This document shows, one piece after another, positions 23,480 through 38,200 of a stretch of DNA of 64,000 bases. Position 1 is the stretch's first letter. Every line of letters starts with the position of its first letter. Position numbers and translations under genes: made by a program. The notes below the pieces were generated by a model. It was not told the origin of the DNA. It saw only the letters and a program-made list of their open reading frames with translations, and made no database searches. This stretch comes from Eledone cirrhosa (Eukaryota). The stretch is taken from positions 263,996,001-264,060,000 of the forward strand of contig OZ024741.1 in assembly GCA_964016885.1 (NCBI GenBank), written 5' to 3'.

Positions 23480-26400
23480 GGACCACCATGGTATATGAGT
23501 ACTGAATGGTATTTTACAGAATCAGATCTCCTTTTAACTCTCCAGCCATTGACCAACAGGGACCACCATGGTATATGAGTTCTGAGCTGGTATTTTGCAG
23601 ACACAGATCTCCTTTTAACTCTCCAGCCATTAACCAACTGGGACCACCATGATGTACGAGTACTGAGCTGGTATTTTAAAGACACAGATATCCTTTTAAC
23701 TCTCCAGCCATTGACCAACTGGGACCACCATGGTATATGAGTTCTGAGCTGGTATTTTGCAGACACAGATCTCCTTTTAACTCTCCAGCCATTGACCAAC
23801 TGGAACCTCCATGGTGTTTTAGTTCTGAGCTGGTATTTTACAGACACAGCACTCTTTTTAACTCTCCAGCCATTGACCAACTGGGACCACCATGATGTAC
23901 GAGTAGTGAGCTGGTATTTTACAGACTCAGATCTCCTTTTAACTCTTCAGCTATTGACCAACTGGAACCTCCATGGTATATGAGTTCTGAGCTGGTATTT
24001 TACAGACACAGATCTCCTCTTAACTCTCCAGCTATTGAACAACTGGGACCACCATGGTATATGAGTTCCGAGCTGGTATTTTACAGACACAGATCTCCTT
24101 TTTCTCTCCAGCCATTCACCAACTGGGACCACCATGATGTATGAGTACTGAGCTGGTATTTTACAGACTCAGAGCTCCTTTTAACTCTCCAGCTATTGAC
24201 CAACTGGGACCTCCGTGGTATATGAGTTCTGAGCTGGAATTCTACAGACACAGATCTCCTTTTAACTCTCCAGGCCTTGACCAACTGGGACCACCACGGT
24301 ATGTAAGTTCTGAGCGGGTATTTTACAGACACAGATCTCCTTTTAACTCTCCAGCCATTGACCAACTGGGACCACCATGGTGTATGAGTACTGAGGTGGT
24401 ATTTTACAGACACAGATCTCCTTTTAACTCTCCAGCCATTGACCAACTGGGACCACCATGGTGTATGAGTACTGAGGTGGTATTTTACAGAAACAGATCT
24501 CCTTTTAACTCTCTAGCTATTGACCAACTGGGACCTCCATGGTATATGAGATCGGAGCTGGTATTTTACAGACACAGATCTCCTTTTAACTCTCCAGGCC
24601 TTGACCAACTGGGACCACCATGGTATGTAAGTTCTGAGCGGGTATTTTACAGACACAGATCTCCTTTTAACTCTCCAGCCATTGACCAACTGGGACCACC
24701 ATGGTGTATGAGTACTGAGGTGGTATTTTACAGACACAGATCTCCTTTTAACTATCCAGCTATTGACCAACTGGGACTTCCATGGTGTATGAGTTCTGAG
24801 CTGGTATTTTACAGACACAGCTCTCCTTTTAACTCTCCAGCCATTGACCAACTGGGACCTCCATGTTGTACGAGTTCTGAGCTGGTATTTTACAGACACA
24901 GATCTCCTTTTATTCTCCAGCTATTGACCAACTGGGACCTCCATGGTGTATGAGTACTGAGCTGGTATTTTACAGACACAGATCTCCTTTTAACTCTCCA
25001 GCAATTGACCAACTGGGACTACCATGGTGTATGAGTACTGAGGTGGTATTTTACAGACACAGATCTCCTTTTAACTCTCCAGCCATTGACCAACTGGGAC
25101 CACCATGATGTATGAGTACTGAGGTGGTATTTTACAGACACAGATCTCCTTTTAACTCTCCAGCTATTGACCAACTGGGACCTCCATGGTATATGAGATC
25201 GGAGCTGGTATTTTACAGACACAGATCTCCTTTTAACTCTCCAGCCATTGACCAACTGGGACCACCATGGTTCATGAGTACTGAGGTGGTATTTTACAGA
25301 CACAGATCTCCTTTTAACTATCCAGCTATTGACCAACTGGGACTTCCATGGTGTATGAGTTCTGAGCTGGTATTTTACAGACACAGCTCTCCTTTTAACT
25401 CTCCAGCCATTGACCAACTGGGACCTCCATGTTGTACGAGTTCTGAGCTGGTATTTTACAGACACCGATCTCCTTTTATTCTCCAGCTATTGACCAACTG
25501 GGACCTCCATGGTGTATGAGTACTGAGCTGGTATTTTACAGACACAGATCTCCTTTTAACTCCCCAGCCATTGACCGACTGGGACCACCATGGTATATGA
25601 GTACTGAATGGTATTTTACAGAATCAGATCTCCTTTTAACTCTCCAGCCATTGACCAACAGGGACCACCATGGTATATGAGTTCTGAGCTGGTATTTTGC
25701 AGACACAGATCTCCTTTTAACTCTCCAGCCATTGACCAACTGGGACCACCATGATGTACGAGTACTGAGCTGGTATTTTAAAGACACAGATATCCTTTTA
25801 ACTCTCCAGCCATTGACCAACTGGGACCACCATGGTATATGAGTTCTGAGGTGGTATTTTGCAGACACAGATCTCCTTTTAACTCTCCAGCCATTGACCA
25901 ACTGGAACCTCCATGGTGTTTTAGTTCTGAGCTGGTATTTTACAGACACAGCACTCTTTTTAACTCTCCAGCCATTGACCAACTGGGACCACCATGATGT
26001 ACGAGTAGTGAGCTGGTATTTTACAGACTCAGATCTCCTTTTAACTCTTCAGCTATTGACCAACTGGAACCTCCATGGTATATGAGTTCTGAGCTGGTAT
26101 TTTACAGACACAGATCTCCTCTTAACTCTCCAGCCATTGACCAACTGGGACCACCATGGTGTATTAGTACTGAGGTGGTATTTTACAGAAACAGATCACC
26201 TTTTAACTCTCCAGCTATTGAACAACTGGGACCACCATGGTATATGAGTTCCGAGCTGGTATTTTACAGACACAGATCTCCTTTTTCTCTCCAGCCATTC
26301 ACCAACTGGGACCACCATGATGTATGAGTACTGAGCTGGTATTTTACAGACTCAGAGCTCCTTTTAACTCTCCAGCTATTGACCAACTGGGACCTCCGTG

Positions 26401-27810
26401 GTATATGAGTTCTGAGCTGGAATTCTACAGACACAGATCTCCTTTTAACTCTCCAGGCCTTGACCAACTGGGACCACCACGGTATGTAAGTTCTGAGCGG
26501 GTATTTTACAGACACAGATCTCCTTTTAACTCTCCAGCCATTGACCAACTGGGACCACCATGGTGTATTAGTACTGAGGTGGTATTTTACAGACACAGAT
26601 CTCCTTTTAACTCTCCAGCCATTGACCAACTGGGACCACCATGGTGTATGAGTACTTTGCTGGTATTTTACAGACACAGATCTCCTTTTAACTCTCCAGC
26701 CATTGACCAACTGGGACCACCATGATGCATGAGTACTGAGGTGGTATTTTACAGAAACAGATCTCCTTTTAACTCTCTAGCTATTGACCAACTGGGACCT
26801 CCATGGTATATGAGATCGGAGCTGGTATTTTACAGACACAGATCTCCTTTTAACTCTCCAGGCCTTGACCAACTGGGACCACCATGGTATGTAAGTTCTG
26901 AGCGGGTATTTTACAGACACAGATCTCCTTTTAACTCTCCAGCCATTGACCAACTGGGACCACCATGGTGTATGAGTACTGAGGTGGTATTTTACAGACA
27001 CAGATCTCCTTTTAACTATCCAGCTATTGACCAACTGGGACTTCCATGGTGTATGAGTTCTGAGCTGGTATTTTACAGACACAGCTCTCCTTTTAACTCT
27101 CCAGCCATTGACCAACTGGGACCTCCATGTTGTACGAGTTCTGAGCTGGTATTTTACAGACACAGATCTCCTTTTATTCTCCAGCTATTGACCAACTGGG
27201 ACCTCCATGGTGTATGAGTACTGAGCTGGTATTTTACAGACACAGATCTCCTTTTAACTCTCCAGCAATTGACCAACTGGGACTACCATGGTGTATGAGT
27301 ACTGAGGTGGTATTTTACAGACACAGATCTCCTTTTAACTCTCCAGCCATTGACCAACTGGGACCACCATGATGTATGAGTACTGAGGTGGTATTTTACA
27401 GACACAGATCTCCTTTTAACTCTCCAGCTATTGACGAACTGGGACCTCCATGGTATATGAGATCGGAGCTGGTATTTTACAGACACAGATCTCCTTTTAA
27501 CTCTCCAGCCATTGACCAACTGGGACCACCATGGTTCATGAGTACTGAGGTGGTATTTTACAGACACAGATCTCCTTTTAACTATCCAGCTATTGACCAA
27601 CTGGGACTTCCATGGTGTATGAGTTCTGAGCTGGTATTTTACAGACACAGCTCTCCTTTTAACTCTCCAGCCATTGACCAACTGGGACCTCCATGTTGTA
27701 CGAGTTCTGAGCTGGTATTTTACAGACACCGATCTCCTTTTATTCTCCAGCTATTGACCAACTGGGACCTCCATGGTGTATGAGTACTGAGCTGGTATTT
27801 TACAGACACA
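23480..27810. repeat. Imperfect higher-order duplication, 26-28 monomers
   Basis: ORF offsets are 2102 (23792/25894), 2183 (24141/26324) and 2264 (24513/26777, 25019/27283), i.e. they step by 81. Boundaries are approximate. Confidence 0.85.
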
Positions 27811-30800
27811 AATCTCCTTTTAACTCTCCAGCTATTGACCAACTGGGACCTCCATGGTATATGAGATCGGAGCTGGTATTTTACAGACACAGATCTCCTT
27901 TTAACTCTCCAGCCATTGACCGACTGGGACCACTATGGTATATGAGTTCTGAGCTGGTATTTTACAGACTCAGATCTCCTTTTAACTCTCCAGCCATTTA
28001 CCAACTCGGACCACCCTGATGTATGAGTACTGAGCTGGTATTTTACAGACTCAGAGCTCCTTTTAACTCTCCAGCTATTGACCAACTGGGACCTCGAGGG
28101 TATATGAGTTCTGAGCTGGTATTTTACAGACACGGATCTCCTTTTAACTCTCCAGCCATTGACCAACTGGGACCACCATGGTGTATGAGTACTTTGCTGG
28201 TATTTTACAGACACAGATCTGCTTTTAACTCTCCAGCCATTGACCAACTGGAACCTCCATGGTGTTTTAGTTCTGAGCTGGTATTTTACAGACACAGCAC
28301 TCTTTTTAACTCTCCAGCCATTGACCAACTGGGACCACCATGGTGTATGAGTACTGAGGTGGTATTTTACAGAAACAGATCACCTTTTAACTCTCCAGCT
28401 ATTGACCAACTGGGACCTCCATGGTATATGAGTTCTGAGCTGGTATTTTACAGACACGGATCTGCTTTTTACACTCCAGCCATTGACCAACTGGGACCAC
28501 CATGGTGTATGAGTACTTTGCTGGTATTTTACAGACACAGATCTCCTTTTAACTATCCAGCTATTGACCAACTGGGACTACCATGGTGTATGAGTACTGA
28601 GGTGGTATTTTACAGACACAGATTTCCTTTTAACTCTCCAGCCATTGACCAACTGGGACCACCATGATGCATGAGTACTGAGGTGGTATTTTACAGAAAC
28701 AGATCTCCTTTTAACTCTCTAGCTATTGACCAACTGGGACCTCCATGGTATATGAGATCGGAGCTGGTATTTTACAGACACAGATCTCCTTTTAACTCTC
28801 CAGCCATTGACCAACTGGGACTACCATGGTGTATGAGTACTAAGGTGGTATTTTACAGACACAGATCTCCTTTTAACTCTCCAGCCATTGACCAACTGGG
28901 ACCACCATGATGTATGAGTACTGAGGTGGTATTTTACATAAACAGATCTCCTTTTAACTCTCCAGCTATTGACCAACTGGAACATCCATGTTGTTTTAGT
29001 TCTGAGCTGGTAATTTACAGACACAGATCTCCTTTTAACTCTCCAGCCATTGACCAACTTGGACCACCATGATGTATGAGTTCTGAGTTGGTATTTTACA
29101 GACACAGCTCTCCTTTTAACACTCCAGCTATTGACCAACTGGTACGACCATGGTGTATGAGTACTGAGCTGGTATTTTACAGACACAGATCTCCTTTTAA
29201 CTCTACAGCTATTGACCAACTGGGACCACCATGGTATATGAGTACTGAATGGTATTTTACAGAATCAGATCTCCTTTTAACTCTCCAGCCATTGACAAAC
29301 TGCGACCACCATGATATATGAGTACTGAGCTGGTATTTTACAGACACGGATCTCCTTTTAACTCTCCAGCCATTGACCAACTGGGACCACCATGATGTAC
29401 GAGTACTGAGCTGGTATTTTAAAGACACAGATCTCCTTTTAACTCTCCAGCCATTGACCAACTGGGATCACCATGGTATATGATTTCTGAGCTGGTATTT
29501 TGCAGACACAGATCTCCTTTTAACACTCCAGCCATTGACCAACTGGGACCACCATGGTATATGAGTTCTGAGCTGGTATTTTGCAGACACAGATCTCCTT
29601 TTAACTCTCCAGCCATTGACCAACTGGAACCTCCATGGTGTTTTAGTTCTGAGCTGGTATTTTACAGACACAGCACTCTTTTTAACTCTCCAGCCATTGA
29701 CCAACTGGGACCACCATGGTATGTAATTTCTGAGCTGGTATTTTACAGACACAGATCTCCTTTTAACTCTCCAGCCATTGACCAACTGGGACCACCATGG
29801 TGTATGAGTACTGAGGTGGTATTTTACAGACACAGATCTCCTTTTAACTATCCAGCCATTGACCAACAGGGACTACCATGGTGTATGAGTACTGAGGTGG
29901 TATTTTACAGACACAGATATCCTTTTAACTCTCCAGCCATTGACCAACTGGGACCACCATGATGTATGAGTACTGAGGTGGTATTTTACAGACACAGATC
30001 TCCTTTTAACTCCCCAGCCATTGACCGACTGGGACCACCATGGTATATGAGTTCTGAGCTGGTATTTTACAGACTCAGATCTCCTTTTAACTCTCCAGCC
30101 ATTTACCAAATGGGACCACCCTGATGTATGAGTACTGAGCTGGTATATTACAGACTCAGAGCTCCTTTTAACTCTCCAGCTATTGACCAACTGGGACCTC
30201 GATGGTATATGAGTTCTGAGCTGGTATTTTACAGACACGGATCTCCTTTTAACTCTCCAGCCATTGACCAACTGGGACCACCATGGTGTATGAGTACTTT
30301 GCTGGTATGTTACAGACACAGATCTGCTTTTAACTCTCCAGCCATTGACCAACTGGAACCTCCATGGTGTTTTAGTTCTGAGCTGGTATTTTACAGACAC
30401 AGCACTCTTTTTAACTCTCCAGCTATTGACCAACTGGGACCACCATGATGTACGAGTACTGAGCTGGTATTTTACAGACTCAGATCTCCTTTTAACTCTT
30501 CAGCTATTGACCAACTGGAACCTCCATGGTGTATGAGTACTGAGGTGGTATTTTACAGAAACAGATCACCTTTTAACTCTCCAGCTATTGACCAACTGGG
30601 ACCTCCATGGGATATGAGTTCTGAGCTGGTATTTTACAGACACGGATCTCCTTTTTTCACTCCAGCCATTGACCAACTGGGACCACCATGGTGTATGAGT
30701 ACTTTGCTGGTATTTTACAGACACAGATCTCCTTTTAACTATCCAGCTATTGACCACTGGGACTACCATGGTGTATGAGTACTGAGGTGGTATTTTACAG

Positions 30801-31840
30801 ACACAGATTTCCTTTTAACTCTCCAGCCATTGACCAACTGGGACCACCATGATGCATGAGTACTGAGGTGGTATTTTACAGAAACAGATCTCCTTTTAAC
30901 TCTCCAACTATTGACCAACTGGGACTTCCATGGTATATGAGATCGGAGCTGGTATTTTACAGACACAGATCTCCTTTTAACCCTCCAGCCATTGACCAAC
31001 TGGGACCACCATGGTGTATGAGTACTTTGCTGGTATTTTACAGACACAGATCTGCTGTTAACTCTCCAGCCATTGACCAACTGGAACCTCCATGGTGTTT
31101 TAGTTCTGAGCTGGTATTTTACAGACACAGCACTCTTTTTAACTCTCCAGCCATTGACCAACTGGGACCACCATGATGTACGAGTACTGAGCTGGTATTT
31201 TACAGACTCAGATCTCCTTTTAAATATTCAGCTATTGACCAACTGGAACCTCCATGGTATATGAGTTCTGAGCTGGTATTTTACAGACACAGATCTCCTT
31301 TTAACTCTCCAGCCATTGACCAACTGGGACCACCATGGTGTATGAGTACTGAGGTGGTATTTTACAGAAACAGATCACCTTTTAACTCTCCAGCTATTGA
31401 CCAACTGGGACCACCATGGTATATGAGTTCCGTGCTGATATTTTACAGACACAGATCTCCTTTTAACTCTCCAACTATTGACCAACTGGGACCTCCGTGG
31501 TATATGAGTTCTGAGCTGGAATTTTACAGACACAGATCTCCTCTCAACTCTCCAGGCCTTGACCAACTGGGACCACCATGGTATGTAAGTTCTGAGCTGG
31601 TATTTTACAGACACAGATCTCCTTTTAACTCTCCAGCCATTGACCAACTGGGATCACCATGGTGTATGAGTACTGAGGTGGTATTTTACAGACACAGATC
31701 TCCTTTTAACTCTCCAGCCATTGACCAACTGGGACCTCCATGTTGTACGAGTTCTGAGCTGGTATTTTACAGACACAGATCTCCTTTTATTCTCCAGCTA
31801 TTGACCAACTGGGACCTCCATGGTGTATGAGTACTGAGAT

Positions 31841-34800
31841 GGTATTTTACAGACACAGATCTCCTTTTAACTCTCCAGCCATTGACCAACTGGGACTACC
31901 ATGGTGTATGAGTACTGAGGTGGTATTTTACAGACACAGATCTCCTTTTAACTCTCCAGCCATTGACCAACTGGGACCACCATGATGTATGAGTACTGAG
32001 GTGGTATTTTACAGAAACAGATCTCCTTTTAACTCTCCAGCTATTGACCAACTGGGACCACCATGATGTATGAGTACTGAGGTGGTATTTTACAGACACA
32101 GATCTCATTTTAACTCCCCAGCCATTGACCGACTGGGACCACCATGGTATATGAGTTCTGAGCTGGTATTTTACAGACTCAGATCTCCTTTTAACGCTCC
32201 AGCCATTTACCAACTGGGACCACCCTGATGTATGAGTACTGAGCTGGTATTTTACAGACTCAGAGCTCCTTTTAACTCTCCAGCTATTGACCAACTGGGA
32301 CCTCGATGGTATATGAGTTCTGAGCTGGTATTTTACAGACACGGATCTCCTTTTAACTCTCCAGCCATTGACCAACTGGGACCACCATGGTGTATGAGTA
32401 CTTTGCTGGTATTTTACAGACACAGATCTGCTTTTAACTCTCCAGCCATTGACCAACTGGAACCTCCATGGTGTTTTAGTTCTGAGCTGGTATTTTACAG
32501 ACACAGCACTCTTTTTAACTCTCCAGCCATTGACCAACTGGGACCACCATGATGTACGAGTACTGAGCTGGTATTTTACAGACTCAGATCTCCTTTTAAC
32601 TCTTCAGCTATTGACCAACTGGAACCTCCATGGTGTATGAGTTCTGAGGTGGTATTTTACAGAAACAGATCACCTTTTAACTCTCCAGCTATTGACCAAC
32701 TGGGACCTCCATGGTATATGAGTTCTGAGCTGGTATTTTACAGACACGGATCTCCTTTTTACACTCCAGCCATTGACCAACTGGGACCACCATGGTGTAT
32801 GAGTAATTTGCTGGTATTTTACAGACACAGATCTCCTTTTAACTATCCAGCTATTGACCAACTGGGACTACCATGGTGTATGAGTACTGAGGTGGTATTT
32901 TAAAGACACAGATTTCCTTTTAACTCTGCAGCCATTGACCAACTGGGACCACCATGATGCATGTGTACTGAGGTGGTATTTTACAGAAACAGATCTCCTT
33001 TTAACTCTCCAGCTATTGACCAACTGGCACCTCCATGGTATATGAGATCGGAGCTGGAATTTTACAGACACAGATCTCCTTTTAACTCTCCAGCCATTGA
33101 CCAACTGGGACTACCATGGTGTATGATTACTAAGGTGGTATTTTACAGACACAGATCTCCTTTTAACACTCCAGCTATTGACCAACTGGGACTACCATGG
33201 TGTATGAGTACTGAGGTGGTATTTTACAGACACAGATCTCCTTTTAACTCCCCAGCCATTGACCGACTGGGACCACCATGGTATATGAGTTCTGAGTTGG
33301 TATTTTACAGACACAGCTCTCCTTTTAACACTCCAGCTATTGACCAACTGGTACGACCATGGTGTATGAGTACTGAGCTGGTATTTTACAGACACAGATC
33401 TCCTTTTAACTCTCCAGCCATTGACCAACTGGGACTACCATGGTTTATGAGTACTGAGGTGGTATTTTACAGACACAGATCTCCTTTTAACTCTCCAGCC
33501 ATTGACCAACTGGGACCGCCATGATGTATGAGTACTGAGGTGGTATTTTACAGACACAGATCTCCTTTTAACTCTCCAGCCATTGACCAACTGGGACTAC
33601 CATGGTGTATGAGTACTGAGGTGGTATTTTACAGACACAGATCTCCTTTTAACTCTCCAGCCATTGACCAACTGGGACCACCATGATGTATGAGTACTGA
33701 GGTGGTATTTTACAGAAACAGATCTCCTTTTAACTCTCCAGCTATTGACCAACTGGGACCACCATGATGTATGAGTACTGAGGTGGTATTTTACAGACAC
33801 AGATCTCATTTTAACTCCCCAGCCATTGACCGACTGGGACCACCATGGTATATGAGTTCTGAGCTGGTATTTTACAGACTCAGATCTCCTTTTAACGCTC
33901 CAGCCATTTACCAACTGGGACCACCCTGATGTATGAGTACTGAGCTGGTATTTTACAGACTCAGAGCTCCTTTTAACTCTCCAGCTATTGACCAACTGGG
34001 ACCTCGATGGTATATGAGTTCTGAGCTGGTATTTTACAGACACGGATCTCCTTTTAACTCTCCAGCCATTGACCAACTGGGACCACCATGGTGTATGAGT
34101 ACTTTGCTGGTATTTTACAGACACAGATCTGCTTTTAACTCTCCAGCCATTGACCAACTGGAACCTCCATGGTGTTTTAGTTCTGAGCTGGTATTTTACA
34201 GACACAGCACTCTTTTTAACTCTCCAGCCATTGACCAACTGGGACCACCATGATGTACGAGTACTGAGCTGGTATTTTACAGACTCAGATCTCCTTTTAA
34301 CTCTTCAGCTATTGACCAACTGGAACCTCCATGGTGTATGAGTTCTGAGGTGGTATTTTACAGAAACAGATCACCTTTTAACTCTCCAGCTATTGACCAA
34401 CTGGGACCTCCATGGTATATGAGTTCTGAGCTGGTATTTTACAGACACGGATCTCCTTTTTACACTCCAGCCATTGACCAACTGGGACCACCATGGTGTA
34501 TGAGTAATTTGCTGGTATTTTACAGACACAGATCTCCTTTTAACTATCCAGCTATTGACCAACTGGGACTACCATGGTGTATGAGTACTGAGGTGGTATT
34601 TTAAAGACACAGATTTCCTTTTAACTCTGCAGCCATTGACCAACTGGGACCACCATGATGCATGTGTACTGAGGTGGTATTTTACAGAAACAGATCTCCT
34701 TTTAACTCTCCAGCTATTGACCAACTGGCACCTCCATGGTATATGAGATCGGAGCTGGAATTTTACAGACACAGATCTCCTTTTAACTCTCCAGCCATTG

Positions 34801-35264
34801 ACCAACTGGGACTACCATGGTGTATGATTACTAAGGTGGTATTTTACAGACACAGATCTCCTTTTAACACTCCAGCTATTGACCAACTGGGACTACCATG
34901 GTGTATGAGTACTGAGGTGGTATTTTACAGACACAGATCTCCTTTTAACTCCCCAGCCATTGACCGACTGGGACCACCATGGTATATGAGTTCTGAGTTG
35001 GTATTTTACAGACACAGCTCTCCTTTTAACACTCCAGCTATTGACCAACTGGTACGACCATGGTGTATGAGTACTGAGCTGGTATTTTACAGACACAGAT
35101 CTCCTTTTAACTCTCCAGCCATTGACCAACTGGGACTACCATGGTTTATGAGTACTGAGGTGGTATTTTACAGACACAGATCTCCTTTTAACTCTCCAGC
35201 CATTGACCAACTGGGACCGCCATGATGTATGAGTACTGAGGTGGTATTTTACAGACACAGATCT
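31841..35264. repeat. Higher-order repeat: 2 copies of a 1701-bp block (21 monomers)
   Basis: Identical ORFs are offset by 1701 (31896/33597, 32232/33933, 32961/34662). Confidence 0.95.
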
Positions 35265-38200
35265 GCTTTTAACTCTCCAGCCATTGACCAACTGGAACCT
35301 CCATGGTGTTTTAGTTCTGAGCTGGTATTTTACAGACACAGCACTCTTTTTAACTCTCCAGCCATTGACCAACTGGGACCACCATGATGTACGAGTACTG
35401 AGCTGGTATTTTACAGACTCAGATCTCCTTTTAACTCTTCAGCTATTGACCAACTGGAACCTCCATGGTGTATGAGTACTGAGGTGGTATTTTACAGAAA
35501 CAGATCACCTTTTAACTCTCCAGCTATTGACCAACTGGGACCTCCATGGTATATGAGTTCTGAGCTGGTATTTTACAGACACGGATCTCCTTTTTACACT
35601 CCAGCCATTGACAAACTGGGACCACCATGGTGTATGAGTAATTTGCTGGTATTTTACAGACACAGATCTCCTTTTAACTATCCAGCTATTGACCAACTAG
35701 GACTACCATGGTGTATGAGTACTGAGGTGGTATTTTAAAGACACAGATTTCCTTTTAACTCTGCAGCCATTGACCAACTGGGACCACCATGATGCATGAG
35801 TACTGAGGTGGTATTTTACAGAAACAGATCTCCTTTTAACTCTCCAGCTATTGACCAACTGGGACCTCCATGGTATATGAGATCGGAGCTGGTATTTAAC
35901 AGACACAGATCTCCTTTTAACTCTCCAGCCATTGACCAACTGGGACCACCATGGTGTATGAGTACTAAGGTGGTATTTTACAGACACAGATCTCCTTTTA
36001 ACACTCCAGCTATTGACCAACTGGGACTACCATGGTGTATGAGTACTGAGGTGGTATTTTACAGACACAGATCTCCTTTTAACTCCCCAGCCATTGACCG
36101 ACTGGGACCACCATGGTATATGAGTTCTGAGTTGGTATTTTACAGACACAGCTCTCCTTTTAACACTCCAGCTATTGACCAACTGGTACGACCATGGTGT
36201 ATGAGTACTGAGCTGGTATTTTACAGACACAGATCTCCTTTTAACTCTCCAGCCATTGACCAACTGGGACTACCATGGTGTATGAGTACAGAGGTGGTAT
36301 TTTACAGACACAGATCTCCTTTTAACTCTCCAGCCATTGACCAACTGGGACCACCATGATGTATGAGTACTGAGGTGGTATTTTACAGAAACAGATCTCC
36401 TTTTAACTCTCCAGCTATTGACCAACTGGGACCTCCATGGTATACGAGATCGGAGCTGGTATTTTACAGACACAGATCTCCTTTTAACTCTCCAGCCATT
36501 GACCAACAGGGACTACCATGGTGTATGAGTACTGAGGTGGTATTTTACAGACACAGATATCCTTTTAACTCTCCAGCCATTGACCAACTGGGACCACCAT
36601 GATGTATGAGTACTGAGGTGGTATTTTACAGACACAGATCTCCTTTTAACTCTCCAGCCATTGACCAACTGGGACCACCATGATGTATGAGTACTGAGGT
36701 GGTATTTTACAGAAACAGATCTCCTTTTAACTCTCCAGCTATTGACCAACTGGGACCACCATGATGTATGAGTACTGAGGTGGTATTTTACAGACACAGA
36801 TCTCCTTTTAACTCCCCAGCCATTGACCGACTGGGACCACCATGGTATATGAGTTCTGAGCTGGTATTTTACAGACTCAGATCTCCTTTTAACTCTCCAG
36901 CCATTTACCAACTGGGACCACCCTGATGTATGAGTACTGAGCTGGTATTTTACAGACTCAGAGCTCCTTTTAACTCTCCAGCTATTGACCAACTGGGACC
37001 TCGATGGTATATGAGTTCTGAGCTGGTATTTTACAGACACGGATCTCCTTTTAACTCTCCAGCCATTGACCAACTGGGACCACCATGGGGTATGAGTACT
37101 TTGCTGGTATTTTACAGACACAGATCTGCTTTTAACTCTCCAGCCATTGACCAACTGGAACCTCCATGGTGTTTTAGTTCTGAGCTGGTATTTTACAGAC
37201 ACAGCACTCTTTTTAACTCTCCAGCCATTGACCAACTGGGACCACCATGATGTACGAGTACTGAGCTGGTATTTTACAGACTCAGATCTCCTTTTAACTC
37301 TTCAGCTATTGACCAACTGGAACCTCCATGGTGTATGAGTACTGAGGTGGTATTTTACAGAAACAGATCACCTTTTAACTCTCCAGCTATTGACCAACTG
37401 GGACCTCCATGGTATATGAGTTCTGAGCTGGTATTTTACAGACACGGATCTCCTTTTTACACTCCAGCCATTGACCAACTGGGACCATCATGGTGTATGA
37501 GTAATTTGCTGGTATTTTACAGACACAGATCTCCTTTTAACTATCCAGCTATTGACCAACTAGGACTACCATGGTGTATGAGTACTGAGGTGGTATTTTA
37601 AAGACACAGATTTCCTTTTAACTCTGCAGCCATTGACCAACTGGGACCACCATGATGCATGAGTACTGAGGTGGTATTTTACAGAAACAGATCTCCTTTT
37701 AACTCTCCAGCTATTGACCAACTGGGACCTCCATGGTATATGAGATCGGAGCTGGTATTTAACAGACACAGATCTCCTTTTAACTCTCCAGCCATTGACC
37801 AACTGGGACCACCATGGTGTATGAGTACTAAGGTGGTATTTTACAGACACAGATCACCTTTTAACTCTCCAGCTATTGACCAACTGGTACGACCATGGTG
37901 TATGAGTACTGAGCTGGTATTTTACAGACACAGATATCCTTTTAACTCTCCAGCCATTGACCAACTGGGACCACCATGATGTATGAGTACTGAGGTGGTA
38001 TTTTACAGACACAGATCTCCTTTTAACTCCCCAGCCATTGACCGACTGGGACCACCATGGTATATGAGTTCTGAGCTGGTATTTTACAGACTCAGATCTC
38101 CTTTTAACTCTCCAGCCATTTACCAACTGGGACCACCCTGATGTATGAGTACTGAGCTGGTATTTTACAGACTCAGAGCTCCTTTTAACTCTCCAGCTAT

